Below the pieces are notes generated by a model, which did not search any database, was not told the origin of the DNA, and was given only the letters and a program-made list of their open reading frames with translations. Position numbers and translations under genes: made by a program. DNA of 64,000 nucleotides, filler included, from Basidioascus undulatus (lineage: Eukaryota): the NCBI GenBank assembly GCA_000826855.1. It is 10 parts of 10 records of this genome, joined end to end, with 100 filler letters (N's around TTAATTAATTAA, not from the genome) between each part and the next. Parts side by side here need not be neighbours in the genome. Positions count along the whole stretch, not along the records: positions 30,257 to 55,487 come from JTLS01000221.1; 9 more parts are not named here. The stretch is one strand, 5' to 3'. Below, in pieces: positions 38,205 through 51,692 of this stretch (its first letter is position 1; the number at the start of each line of letters is the position of its first letter).

Positions 38205-39365
38205 TTAGTCTCTCTGATTGTCTTCAATTTTTGCGACTTGGGAAGCCTGCTCGTAGTCGTGGACGTCCTTATGGCTGAGCGTTCCGAACCCGGGCGCAAA
38301 TACCGCCAAGTCTGCAGCCTGGTCCTTCTCCGTCGAGCCAGTGCTGCAGAGCAATCTCACTATCAACTAATCTGCGCCAGGGTACCAAGATGTGAGACGA
38401 CTTACACCACCGCCAAAACCCCCTTCGCCTTGAGCCAAGCCAGATTCGTCTGGCGCGACGTATCTCCCGCGCCCTTGCGCCCCGCGATCACGGCGGCAGC
38501 CTTGCGGTTGATCGTGCCCTGCAGCGGGGCGGTGCCGATCGAGCTGCTGAGGAGCATGCGGTGCTGCTTCGCAAACTGGGCCAGCGAGCGCGTCGCGTTG
38601 AGGTTGACGACGTCGTAGACGATCTCGAAAACGGCGGGCGTAACGGTCACGTCTGCGCTAAGGAGCTCGTTGGTGGATGCGCGGTTGTAGAAGGAGAGGC
38701 CGAGGGAGCTGCGGGGAACGGCAGTTTAGATGGATGGGGCTCCGGAAGGGAATATTCCGGGTGGAAAGATTAGGGGCGACACACCGTGCGGAGCCTTCCA
38801 GCTTGAAGTTCTGCATCTTTCCCCACACCCGACTCTGATCCCCGATGAGCTCGGGCCGGTAGATGCTGAAGAGGTCGAGGTAGGAGCTGCCGAGCTGATG
38901 ATGAAAAAGAATTGTTAGATCCATCACGGCTGGAGAATTTCTCTCACTTTATGGAGGGTATCGTTGAATTCAACCTCGGTTGGCTGCGTCAGCCGACGCG
39001 TGAACTTGGCCGAGACGTAGACGTCCTCCCTCTTGATCTTCTCGGCCTCGAGTGCCTCCCGCAGATCCTTCAAGTAGTCGGGCTCGGTGACCTCTGGTTA
39101 TCACAATGTCAGTCTGATGCTATCTCGTAGGAGATAACCAGCTGATCTGACCGAAATGGCGGTATCCTACGCGCAGAGCACTGCGGACAACGTCAAGAGC
39201 TTTCTTGTCGACGGCCGCGCCATCGATGCCGAATGCGGGTGAGGGTATGAGGTTCCCGTCGTTCAGACGGATGATGGTATGCTTGGGGTATGGTGAAGGC
39301 ATGGTAGCAGCCAGGGTTATGGCGGAGATGCACGCGATGGTGAGGTATTGGAGAACAGTGCGCAT
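38205..39365 (-). CDS. Aldo/keto-reductase-fold protein with predicted N-terminal signal peptide (5 exons)
   Basis: Spliced: MRTVLQYLTIACISAITLAATMPSP..IRLNDGNLIPSPAFG..ALRVGYRHF|EVTEPDY..KREDVYVSAKF..|LGSSYLDLFSIYRP..GSAR|SLGLSFYN..VTPAVFEI..LAWLKAKGVLAVV|..; frame is open to TAA at 38205-38207. Confidence 0.8.
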
Positions 39366-41540
39366 GGTGGCGGTTGAATGCGGGGGCAAGAGAAGGTGTG
39401 AGGTCTGAAGTTGGGTTTGATATGGTGCATTCTGGCTATTCGACGAGCAAAGTGAGCGACTGCGAGCGCAGCGGTGGTCAGCCATCGGGGAGGGCTTCGC
39501 GCAGTGGCGCACACGGCTTATTGCTGCGCCACGAGAAGGACTTGAAATAACATGGCTAGATGGTTTAAGTAACACTTTTATAGATAGTTAAGTCAACTTC
39601 GGCTGGAATGTCTAAGCGGCCTAAACCGCGGGTGCCCTTAGTAAGGCGAACGGCACGTCTGAGGGTCAATCAGTCGTGAAGCCCGGTCTCCGCCCCTTAG
39701 ACATCCTCAGCGCGGGAGAGATCTAACAAATTCATCTCATTATTTAGCACGTTCACAACTTTCACTGCTTCGTGTCATCCTCATACCTGGGTCAACTGTT
39801 TTGCATGGCAAGCGACCAGCCCGTCAATGTCCATGCTCACGTTCTCACCCCGACGTCGCCCATAATTCGCCCCTCGGGCCCCTTCCAACGCGTACTCACC
39901 CCCCCAAGCTCATCAAGTCTGGGGCGGGCGTTGCATCTTGCACCACTAACGATAAAAGACGGATAAGGCAGTTCATAAGAACGGGTCAGCAGTTCAGCGT
40001 GTGGGGCTTACGAATGCGGAACCTCCTCACCTGCTTGTGGCGTTTCCAATCCTCCTTCTGGTGTTCTGGGCCGTAGTATGCAGCACCCTGATCGCCTTAT
40101 AGAAGTGGCGCGAAGGAGCGTTGCACACCTCGCACCAAATGCCATGAATGTTCTGCACGCGTTCGGCCAGCCAACACAAGTATTCGAGATGGACATTTCC
40201 CTGCCCGACTCAGTGAGTATCTTTGATATCTTCTTGTTCAGACGGCCCTTGGTTGAGAGCAGGAATGCTCGCGCACAAGTTGACGGGCGAGGCTGTGAAT
40301 GGCTGGGAGACGACAATGGTCGTTGCGATCAAGTTGCAGCCAGAAGGAAGGAGAGTCCTCATAAGGGGCAGACGATAAGTGGATGAGTGCCGGAAGCGGG
40401 CTGGTGGTGAATTGAGATGGGAGGTTGTCGTCGGCAGTGTCGGCTCTGAGGACGCAAACGAGGTCCTCTTGTTTGACGGTGAGAATCGTCACGCACCCCG
40501 CCGTTCTCTAATTGAGTAAAGCAGAGCACGAGGGATGAGCACAAGCTCGTCAATTATGTCGAGAGAAGGCGTCAGGATTCCTGAGCGATCAAGAGCGTTG
40601 CCGTGAACGTCGGTCGTGCATTGCGGCCAGGACGGCAAGTGCTTGACTACTGGACGGTATGTCGCTCTGAAGAGGTCGACGGGGTTCTTCTCGAGGGAAG
40701 GCAATAGCGGTTTGACGAAGTGAACACAGAATGTCATGGCTCCCAACTGGGTCGAGGTCGATGAATTGCCGGACCTCCTCCGGCGGGATGGAATCCAGAC
40801 CATAAGGCATAACGACAGTGCGGTCAGTGACGGCGCAGTGCAGAATGACAATGATCTCCAAGCCGTGGAAGAGATCAGCCGCACGATCTGAAAACGGTGT
40901 TCCGAGACTGGCCTGTTTCTCGCTCTGTTGCCAGAGCCCTTTCCAAACTCATCAAGATATGAACTTTTATCAGTTACCTTGTGATAAAGCTGATAATCAT
41001 GCTGGAAACGCAATTGACGCTGTCCGCGGGCATTCCCTTTCCACTCGACAAACAACGCCCGCTCGGTCCATCCCACAGTTACATCAAGAGCCACTTCTTC
41101 TTTTCATGCAATGCCGATTTGGATTGAACTCTACCCGGACTACCCTTTTCCCCAGCAAATCACAAGTCCAGTTGCTCCATGTCGTGCTGCCGCGCAAGCG
41201 TCAAGTGCAAGCATGAAAGGCTCACCAGTAAACACTACCATACAGCTCAGCGAAACGCAAGATTGATGATATTTCTGGCACGTCCCTATACTGACACGCT
41301 ACCCATCAGATTTACGTAGAATGAGGTGTGGAAGCGTGCAGTCCTCAATCCCAAGGATGAAACGAAACGCGGTCACGTGGCTCAATAATCGGCGAACGCG
41401 CGACGTGTCAGGCCGACAGTCAAGAAATCACAACATTCGAAACGCAACGGCGCGCCCTCGCCCTCCGCCCACCATCAACATCCGGCACATTACCATCTAG
41501 ACTGGCCCTTGCCCCTTGCCCCTGCCCTTAATCCCCTGCA

Positions 41541-42924
41541 ATGGCCACCAAAGAATACACTGGCTCGCTCGCGCACAAGCGCAAGAGCGGTGCGTCTTCC
41601 CGCCCTCTTCCCTTACACACTGTACTTCTGATTGATGTTGGATGGGGTGCACGCGTAGACTTGATTGATCTTGCCCAGGCGCTGGGGCTCGAGACGGCCG
41701 GCTTGACGCGCCCGGATCTGCAGGATGACATCCGCCAGCATCTGGTTCGGAACGAGACTGTCCTACGCGCGGACCCGGCGTTCGCGGGGCTCTTCTCGTC
41801 TGGCCGTCGCTCGTCCGTCATGCCATCTCCCCTCCCCTCCCCTTCGCCTTGCCCTCCCCCTTACGCACCCCATGCGTTCCCGCAGCCGGAAATCTGTCGC
41901 GCCCATCTCCATCTCTCCCTCGCGCTCCGCGGCCTCCGCACTGGAGGAGGATGACGACGACGCGCCGGCGACGAAGCACTCGCAGGTCGCGTCCTCGCAG
42001 TCGCCCTCGGCCGACGACGACGGCGAGGAGGACACCAAGCCCGTCATCCACCCCGTCCCCGCGCCGCTTACGACCGCGGGGGCGGTCGTCCCCGCCTCGC
42101 CGCGGCAGGTCGCCCGCTACGTCGAGCAGGAGACGGAGGTCGCTGTGCAAAGTGCGGAGCGCGCGGTCGCCCGCGTGAGGGAGGAGGTGACGTGGGTTAT
42201 TGAGGCGCTGAGGGAGGTGGGTACCTCATCCTCCCCCCAATCTCTACCTTCTTTCCCGAGCGAGAGTGCTGATGAGGTACGGAACAGTGGTTGACCGACG
42301 CGCGCGTGCTCGTCAACCTCGCGCTCCTCGTCGAGCTCGGCTTCATCTTCTCCGCGCTCATCCCCACATTCACGACCTCCGTGCGTCTCCCCTCCGTGCC
42401 TTCCTCACCCCTTCTTCTTTCCCTGATCTCTCCACCCCCATGCGCAGGTCCTCATCCCCCACACCTCGCACTTCCGCCCGACGCACCTCCCCACGGCGCT
42501 GCACCCCCGAAAAGACCTCACCTTGCAGCTCCGGGTGCCTTACCTCCCCTCTCTCTGTACGTTCCTCCCCTCATCCCCCAACCTCCATCTTCCCACCCCT
42601 CTTCCTCCTCCTCTTTCTTCCTGCTCACCCCTCCTCCCCCACACATCAGTCCACCCCCAAACCCTCGCCACCCTCCAATCCTACATCCTCCACTCCCTCG
42701 CCCTCCCGCTCACCGCGTCCTACCTAATCAACTTCGACCGCGCGCGCGTCGACCGCCCCCGCCGGACGCTCTCCCCGCTCTCGTTCGCCCTCGTCCGCCT
42801 CGCCCTCCTCCATGCGTGGCAGGACGAGCGCGTCGCGGCTGTCCTGCCCCGGAATGTCCAGAGCGCCGTCAGCGCGCTGGCGGTCGCGTTTGCGTTCTAT
42901 GAGGCGGTTGCTGTGAGGGCGTAA
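41541..42924 (+). CDS. Hypothetical protein with N-terminal SAP/HeH-like helical motif and C-terminal hydrophobic segments (spliced)
   Basis: MATKEYTGSLAHKRKS|DLIDLAQALGLETAGLTRPDLQDDIRQHLVRNETVLRADPAFAGLF; hydrophobic VLVNLALLVELGFIF and AVSALAVAFAFYEAV; canonical introns; TAA ending at 42924. Confidence 0.65.
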
Positions 42925-44764
42925 ACCCCATCCCCTTTCCCGTCTCTGCTGTGTACTCTACACCATGTCCACCCCACCCCACATGTCCCACGCCACCACT
43001 ATCACTCCGATCGTCATGTTGTTAGATTTACTCGATTAGTAGTTAGTACAGGAGGTCATGAGCGCCACGCGCCGTGCGCCCGATTACGGATATGCGATAC
43101 CCCTCCCTCTTGTCTCCCAGCTGGTTTTTGGCGCTGCGCTTTCCTTGCTTGTATACATACTTACGCTTTGCTTTTCTTGACATGGGGCGCTACTGGGCTG
43201 GAATGCCTGACTCTTTGCTGCACTGCTCAGTCTAGAGTTGCAAGCGGCCGGCTGCAACACTCTTGCGGATACCCTCGGAGTATCAATGCAATCCAGCTTA
43301 GGCTGTTCGGAAGTGCAATAGGCGACTTTACGCACGATATCACGCTTTGGATGCACGAAAATTGCGATGGACGGTGATACATTGATGAAGCGAGTCGCAC
43401 CGACGGCCTCGCGCTTTCAAACGGCGCCCTGCTGCGCGACTTGTGTCTTCTCGAGAGGCAACGTCCGGTGCGTACAACTGTGAAATCAGACGCTTTCAAC
43501 GGCACACTCACGTTAGAGCCGTTTTAAACAGCTTCAGTCCGCGATCATTAAACTGCTGTTCCGACAACCGGAAGTCGGCACCAGTTCGTCCTGCCGTTGT
43601 CCTGTTTAGTGCGCGTGACTGTACTGACGAAGCTTGCAATACAGTCACTGTCATGCAGAAGGTCGGCGCGGACATGATCGGTGTGTACTTCGGTACCAGT
43701 CTTTATTGTGTCACACTCAACTCCATCGCTAGGCTCGTTACACGATGACTCCATCCTGCTTGCTCGCTTGGCGGCGATCGCTGTCGATGCTCCGTGCGTG
43801 ACCGGACAACAATCATGTGCCTGAAAAAATAACTTATTTTTGGACCCGCGTGGCTGCAGAAAGATTGGCGATTTAATCAAGCGCGATCGCTTCGCCAGAA
43901 GTACGGGCCGCACAGTACGTCCACACTTCCAACTTCGTAGCCTGCTTAACAACACACACAACCCTACAATTCAGCGTCCCGACTACTTGATCGACTAGAA
44001 GGCGGAACGATGTAAGCGGTTGGCAATGACCAACGCGTGCCTGTCTCCGCGCAAGGGCCAAGCACGTCCTCTCGGCTCTCCTACGAGCAGGCAAGGACCG
44101 AGAGCGGCCGGTACCTCAAGGGCTTGCGAAGACTGTGACCGAGCAGATCGTCCCGACGCGCAACAGTGCCCCCTGGAGGGAACTGAAGACGAAGACCATC
44201 GCGCTGCCGGATGTCTGAGCTGATCTCGAACGGGTACGCGACTTCGTCAACACGCGCAAGGAGGAGTGGTCGTATGTTCAACAGACGGTGAGGTCCGCCA
44301 CGAGCTCACCGTCCAAGCGTGGTCATCCCTCCTCGTCGTCGTCGAGCTACGCTGCCGTGATATCGGCCGTCGCGTCGAACTTCGCCGCCGCCGACCCCTC
44401 TTCCCTCGGCTTCACCTCCTTCTTCACCTGCTCGATCCGTCCAGCCTCCAGCGGCTCTTGGCGTCCTGCGTACGCCGAGTCTACACGACAACGCCTTCCC
44501 GTGGGACATGGCGTTCGCGACGCTTTGTGCAATCAAGGCAGACGTCGCCAAGGGCGGCTCGAGAGCGATTGTCGAAAATGTTGCTGTGACGAAGACGGAC
44601 AGGCGTTTTGTGCGGACGGACTTGCAATAACATTTCTTGCTTCATGTATACCTTGCATTGCCGTCTTGATTAGATATGTTACCCGGTATACTGGCTAATG
44701 GAACAATGAAAATGCGGATAAATGCTATGAATAAAAAACATGGCTGCCCTCAGGGAGGGGCGAC

Positions 44765-47378
44765 CTACTCCTCATCGCTGCTGGAATCGAGGTCGACCAT
44801 CCTCTCGCCCTCCTCGACCGTTTCCTCCTTGCCCGGACGCAGCTCCAGCTCCCTCCGCACGCCCTCCAGTCTCTCCTCCTCGTCCGCCGCCTTCGCCCAT
44901 GCAGGCACGATCACGTTGCTCTTCTTGCCGCGTACGGACGGCGCGTTCGAGCCTCCCGGAAGCGGCGTCTTGCGCTTGAGCGAGTCAATAAGGGCGGCCT
45001 GCAGCGCGAGAAGACGGTGAGCGGCCGGCTTTCAGGTGGGATGTGAGACGACCGGGCATACTCGGCTGGCAGCGTCGTCTGCCATCACGAACGAGCGCGA
45101 CAGGCCCGTCGGGTCGAAGCCCAGCTTGCGGATCTTGTCTGCGGTAAAGATACTCTTCTTGGGCGGTTCGGGCGGGTCCTCCTTCTTCTTGGCAGGTACC
45201 ATCGAGACCTTGCGGACCTTCCCGCGACCGAGGCCTGAAATACCCGTGCCATTTCAGTGCGCAGTCCGGAGGAAAAGACATACTCGGATCGCACGCACCT
45301 TCTTGCATCTCCTGCTCCCCTTGCTGACGATCTCGCTTGCGTTTGAGCCGATCCTCCTTGTCGCGCCCGTAGCGTTCCGCAGCCGACGTCCCGTCCCAGT
45401 CGCCCGATCGCACGGTCACGCCCGAGACAACGTATGTCGTCGAGCCGTCGCTGTTGTTCGTCGCGGCGTTCTGTCGCCGCCGTCATGCATATGTTAGGTG
45501 CGGCAACTGAATAGAAGCATTTATGCGTCGTACTCGGGGCAGGAGGCCAGACGTCGCCGATAGGTCAAAGCCGCGCGTCACCCGGTTCTTGGCGAGTGCT
45601 GGACCGGAGTGGGACTGCATGCCGCTTGTGCTGTAGATCGGCGCAGTGCGTGAGTTCGACGGGAACGTCTCAAGGCATGCGAGGCATACGCGTACCTGGA
45701 AGCGAATTCAGCGCGCCCAGCACGATTTCGCGTCACCGCCTGCTGGATGTGGAATTCGCAGACCTGCGATTGTTTCCTGCAAGGTAAAGCGGGTGAGCTT
45801 CGTGACTGGGACGCGGCAGTAAAGTGGACGGAAGCAATACGAACCGGTTCACCCAGGATGTACAGCGCTGACCGTCCTTCCTGACCGCCTGGCATGTCCC
45901 GTAGTCGCGCGCGACGCCGATCACGGTCATGCTGTCGGCGCTCTCGGGGCTGAGCGCGAGGATCGAGTCGTTCGGATTCTTGTAGTCGCCCTGAACGCCG
46001 AAATGTCAGCCGGTGATCGACCTTTATCCCAATGCAAGCGGCGAAAGCTCACCTTGGACATCCCGCTCATCGGCTTCAAGATCCTCGGATTCAGCAGCGC
46101 GACGACGCTGCCCTCCTTGAGCTTCCAGAACTTCTCGTACGCCCCACCGCTGCCGCCGCGGTACGTCTTCTCCACGCCGCCGCTCCCGGTCGACGCCGAC
46201 TTGGCCTCGAAGAGGATGAGGTTGAGGGTGTTCGCGCCGGACCCCTTCGGCGCGGACGGGCCGAAGTCTATGAGCTTGAACACGATGTACTTGGAACTGG
46301 AGGACTTCGAAGAGGATGCAGCGGCTGCGGAAGCGGCCTTCTTACCCTTGTCCCGCGGGCGACCGCCAGCGCCGCTGCCCTCTGCGTCCGAGTCGTCCGA
46401 GTCCGCCTGCTGCGCAGCGCCGCGCCCACCGCCGCGCGACACGCGGATGTCGGATCGCTCGCCCACGACTCCGATCGTGACCCAGTCGCCGGTGACGGGT
46501 ACGTCGTATGACGTCTTGTCGGCGTTGAGGCGTGCGACGGAGTAGAGGAGCGAGGGCGGGATGTGATATCGCGAAATGAGGTAGTCCTGGAGGTCGTCAT
46601 GAGGAAGCTCTCGCGACCTTTGTCCATCCTCTCCGTCAGCATCCCTATCAATATCCGAGAATACATGAAGACTTACTTCAAAACAATCCCACTGTTCGGC
46701 TCCCTCTTCTCCCACTTCGGATCGCCGTCCGGAGAAGGGAACTCGCGCGGCCCGAGCTCCAGCTTCTCTACGACGCGCAAGTCATCGTCTCGCTCGACGG
46801 CCGGGGTATCGGCAGTCCGGGAGGCTAAGGAGGTGCTGCGTTGCTTGGGCTGTGGCTCGGAAGTGGGCGTGGAGGAGCGGCGGAGGGCGGCTTCGGAGGC
46901 GAGGAGCTTGGAGGGTCGGGGAGCAGAGGGGGCTTGGGAGAGTTCTGCAGTGCGGATGCGACTTCAGCGTCGGGGTATACCCTGAGAGAAAGAGGTTCGT
47001 TGTGCTTACTTTTCTGAGATGAGGAAGCTGACGGAATTGGTGGTCGAGCTGAGCGGCTGGGCGAGGAGGTGCTGATCGGCGCTCCAGCGCGAGAAGGCAG
47101 GTCCGTCCTGATCTTCTTCTCTGTAACCCCAACATACGTTCAGACCAATGACACCCACACGACTTAGTGCACGTACCCTTGACTGGCGACGCCCCCACAA
47201 GGACCTTGCTCATGCTCTTGCTCCTCTCCCGCCCCTCCCTGCTCCGCTCTTCTGGAGCAGGCTGCGTCTCGAACTGCTTCTGAGCGTCCGCAGAGAGTTT
47301 GTACTTGAGGAGCGCGATTTGGGCCAAGATCTGGGCGTCCCGCTCGTTCTTGAGCTCGGAGGGATCGAGAGGGTCCAT
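44765..47378 (-). CDS. MCM10: DNA replication factor Mcm10 (spliced)
   Basis: EPNSGIVLK, YDVPVTGDWVTIGVVGERS, YRGGSGGAYEKFWKLKEGSVVALLNPRILKP, and zinc finger IGVARDYGTCQAVRKDGQRCTSWVN|..VCEFH..RAGRAEFAS. ATG 47378, TAG 44765-44767. Confidence 0.92.
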
Positions 47379-47418
47379 GGTCGCGTATGGAAAGCAAGAA
47401 AGGCTGAGGAAATGCAAG

Positions 47419-47445
47419 TCGCGTCGAGTTCGCGTCTGGACGCGT
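47419..47445 (-). promoter_or_regulatory. Cluster of three MCB-like (ACGCG) boxes upstream of MCM10
   Basis: TCGCGTC (47419), TCGCGTC (47430) and GACGCGT (47439), 41-67 bp upstream of the MCM10 ATG. MCB elements drive G1/S replication genes in yeasts. Confidence 0.5.
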
Positions 47446-47615
47446 GCAAGTGTCCGTGGATGTCGGCGGAAAGAACACGGTTGCGCGCAAGGGATAAAAC
47501 CGAAAAGAACTGCCTGGAGCCGAACATGTCCCCTCAGCTGGTCGTTCTCCTCCCTTTCTCTCTTTTTCGTACACTCGAACTCACCTGCTATTCGATTTCT
47601 ATTGATCTCACCTTG

Positions 47616-48420
47616 ATGTTTTCGAGCTCAACCACCGAACCTGCCCTCAAGGTCTTCGGCGCTCTTCGAGACGCGAACCGACATGGCGCTTCTATCGAAG
47701 GACAAGAACCTGCACTTCGTCGATCGTCTTGCCCTCTCCGCGGGGTCGCCCGTGCTCAATCTTCCGCGTCCAGCGACGGAGGCAAACCCGCTTCCTCCGA
47801 TCAAGCGTCTGCACGCCAGCTCGCCGTCGGACTCGACGCTATACGACACTGTCGATGTAACAACGGAGGTGCTCGAGCCTTTCCTTGCCCTCCTATGCCT
47901 TCATCCTCAAACGCCAACGTTCGCGGATCACAAGGATATTCGAGCTTTGGAGACAGCTTCTAAAAAACTACGATTGTCATGGTGTTCTGGTCATGCTTCG
48001 GGGGCCCAACCTTACGTTCGCACACATATGGCCTTTCAACGTTTACGCCTTCGCCGTCGTAACGACTGGGAGAGTGACGCTGTTTTTGCATCAAAATTCT
48101 CTCTTGACTACAATGTCGACGCAATGTCCAGTGCAGTGGCTGTGCCAACGCCGGCACTTTACCTTCATCGTCTCGAGCAGCTTCATCGCACTCGTTATCG
48201 CAAAGCAGTATCAATACTCCGAGAACACGAGATCGAATGCCTGCCCAAGAATCAGCGTTGTTTACATACGCATGGGATTATGACCTTCAAGGAGTGGTGG
48301 AAAAGTGTGGTGCGGGTATTCATTGAAGATCGACCTTCGTTTCAGCGGTACTCGCCATTTCACGCACGTAACAATGATTCTATAGTGAGTCGATCAAGCG
48401 TCTTCCGCGGCCGACCCTGA
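47616..48420 (+). pseudogene. Decayed BTB/POZ-like protein gene
   Basis: DMALLSKDKNLHFVDRLALSAGSPV...VDVTTEVLEPFLALL...ASKK[frameshift]YDC resembles fungal BTB domains; frameshifts near 47680 and 47965. Confidence 0.45.
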
Positions 48421-48733
48421 CTCGCAGTGTTACCGTGCGTTAGATACATCGCCAAAGCATTGAACGCCGAAGTGAAGTGGCTAGCGGAGCTGCCAACAAT
48501 CATTTGATGCATTGCTTTGGCCTGCTTTTCCGATGGACATCTGAGTATGGCTTGCCCAGTGCCTTGGGGTCCCGGTCTTGGCCGCTGCGTAGTTATTGCT
48601 TGCCCAACGCTGCAAACTTGCAGTTCTGCCAAAGGTCCGTGGGCACCGCCCAACCACGAGCCAGTCGTTCTTGTTGAGTAGCGCAAGTTCAGTAACGAGG
48701 TACGGCGACTTGTGATGGGTTCTTAACGGACTT

Positions 48734-48816
48734 CGGTAAGCAGCTTCGACGATGACGCTGTCGGCCGGTAAGCAGCTTCGACGAGGCGGTAAGCAGCTTC
48801 GGAGGACGCTGTCGGC
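48734..48816. repeat. Three direct copies of CGGTAAGCAGCTTCG with two GACGCTGTCGGC copies
   Basis: Direct reading. Confidence 0.85.
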
Positions 48817-49469
48817 ATGCAACGAAGTACGGCTTGCGGCTTTCTTGCACCTGATGGCGTACCTACTCGGGGACGCGAGATATTGCATCGACAGACTAGG
48901 TCTGATTGTGGCTCCTTCTTATGAATGAGTGTTAGGTACAAAGACGAGGGCGATGCACCTCTGACTGCCTTCGGGCCCTCGGTTGCAGACGCACCGCGAT
49001 TGGCTTTCGTCCGTCTTCGGCGACGCGCCTTCTTGCGCAAAAGGTCATCTTCGCCCACCCTACATAAGACGCCTGAAGCCTCTCTGTGAACGAGGCATGT
49101 CCGACCGTTCACCACCGTACGACGATCTCTCTAACTATGTGTTAGGGCTGCGGTTATACTGAATAAGAAAGCCCACAAAGCCCTCACGTCCGGGTGCACC
49201 ATCGCGACGACTTCGCCTACCGCGGCCTCGACGTGCTTGACGAACATGGCTCTGATCTTCTAGACGTGCTTTCCTACACGCGCCGGTACAGAAATGCTCG
49301 GACTACTCGGCTCGTCTCGGGTGTGCGGGTGGAATGGAAAGACTTCGACAAGCGGGTCGAGAAGGAGAGGGTCAGCCTGGTGCACCTTCGAATACTCTAC
49401 CTCTGAAGTTTGGCGTACTGAATCTGTTCTCGCCTTCTCCAAAAGAACACCCCAACGGCGTACAGGAAG

Positions 49470-50152
49470 CTTCCTTCCGAGATCTTGTACGCCGTTGCCG
49501 GCTACTCAGACTTCGCCGCCGTCCTCGCGCTCTCGCTCGTCGACCGCTCCACCCGAGCTGCGGTCTACCCTCTCCTCTTTCGTTCTATCAAGTTCGCTCA
49601 TCATACCAGCGGCCGGAGCGGGGTCAAATGGCTCAAGAACAACACCACTGCACGGGCGCAGGAGTTCGGTGCGTGCTACCTGATCAGTTGGGCTTACTGC
49701 GCATCTTTACCCACAATCCGCTGATGGGTGACCATGGGGCAGCTCTGTCGAGTTCGGCCCCGAGGTTCTTGACCATCGACGAAGGCCTTCCGGCCCTCTA
49801 TTCTAGTCCTCATGGCACGCTCCGAACGCCGCAGAGGGGAAACTCGCCCTCGGCTAGGACTTCGAGCTGTTCGGCATCCTTGACAAGCTCGTCGCTGGCC
49901 TCTCGGCTTTGCCTCACCTCCGCTCGCTCGATGTCTATTGACGCGATCAGGCTCTATTACGGATCCTTCCACTCGCTCTGGAGTTTGCTCCCAATGCTCG
50001 AAGATCTGCGACTCCAGTTCTTTCTCCTGCCTGACGGCACGGAAGACTCGGCCAACTTCCTTCCCCGAGAGCTTGGCTCGGACTTCCTTCCTCGTCCTCG
50101 CTCGCTTGAAACCCTGGATTCCACGCGCCGCATTCTGCAATCGCCCATTTGA
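49470..50152 (+). pseudogene. Possible F-box-like gene relic
   Basis: VLALSLVDRSTRAAVYPLLFRSIKF followed by frame-shifted LRR-like fragments (LLPMLEDLRLQF). Confidence 0.35.
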
Positions 50153-51692
50153 TCTATCCCCACAGGTACCACCCATCAGGTCAGTCTATTAAGAAAGCTG
50201 CGGGGATATTTACTCCCCTCCTCCCGGCCGAGTGGAAAACATGCTACTTCGCTGAAAAAGCCTTCAAACGTCCAATCATACCAGTGACGTCCGAACAAGC
50301 AAATGCTCTTGGCGGCACAAAGAGTCTCCATCAGCGCCGCCGTGTCCAGCGGCATTATTACATTCGCACTTTCATGAGCGGGGACACGTCAAAGATAATG
50401 CAGCACCCGCTAGCGCTCATCCTCCGGCAAGGTGATCGTTTTCGTGACCGTCCGCCTTCCCGCCAGATCGCCGATGGACATAGTGTCGCTCTTCCAAAGC
50501 GATAAGTGCGACGGTCTCGCTCAAGCCGAGGCTCGAAGCGCGACGCTCTCGAGTTTGCGACACGCGCCTGCGAGGTCTACTGGAAATTGGGTGGGATGTG
50601 CGTTGTAGCGTGAATCCCCGCCTTCCCAATAATGGGATGCGCTGGCGAGACGGCGCAGTTTGGTGAAGTCCGGGAGGGCGCGGCGGAGCGTGCTCCGTGA
50701 CAGGTGTTTATGAGCCATTGCTTTCGCAGACCGAGCGGTGTATAACCGAGCGACGTATAAGGGGTGACATACCCAGTGATCCGCAGTCAACCAATTCCCT
50801 CTCAATTTATCCATCCACGACAGAGCGAGGTCCGACACATTCGGGGAGAGCGGCGCAAGCGATCGAAGGGTACGCTCGTCGACCATCCAGAAACACACTT
50901 CGAAGGCCGTGACATTCGAGTTTCGAAAGTAACGTCGATGAAGAGTGACATGGTGCCAGTTGAGTACCCTGTCCGTCTCCTCTGAATTGAGGGTCAACCG
51001 AGAATAGCTTCAGATTCCTGAGCGAGCGGGAACACTTGATGAGGCCGAAAAGTCTGTATCCAATGACTGTTCCCCAGACCTGAAATAAGCGGAAAAGGAT
51101 GGAAAGAAAGGCAAAACACAAAATCCGTGCCCAGTCGATGCAGTCACGTCCATAGCACTCGACGCTGCCGAATACAGCCTTTTGGTTACCGCAACCTCTA
51201 TCTTAAGCTGAGATTTTACCAGAGTTAAAGCTGATTCGATTGATGGTGCTGAGGATTTAGTTTTGCAGGGAGGGCAAACAACGGTCATGCCAGAACTGGC
51301 AACCATCATCTCTGCCAGTCCGGGCCATGACTTAAAGAAACAACACCAACCTAGATCGGCTCAGAGAACTTTCCAGAACAGCCAAAGAATCAACTACGCT
51401 GTGAATGTATATGTTCATGGATACCGTGCTGCATTCCTCACGTCTCCATGGCGCGCCAGCCATAGCTTCACTCCCGCCTTTCCCGCAGCCTCTCTCGCAA
51501 CGAGGTCCACCAGTCCTCAATCCCAACGGCGATATGAGCGATACCACTGTTTCTAAAGGCCTTCTGCGGAGCACTCAAAGCTGATCCGTCCGGAAACGGC
51601 AGGATGAGCAGTGCCACGCCCTGTGTATCCTCCGCACGTGAGGCTGAGCTCGCCTTGCACATCAGTTCTCGGCTTCCGCATAGTTATGATTA

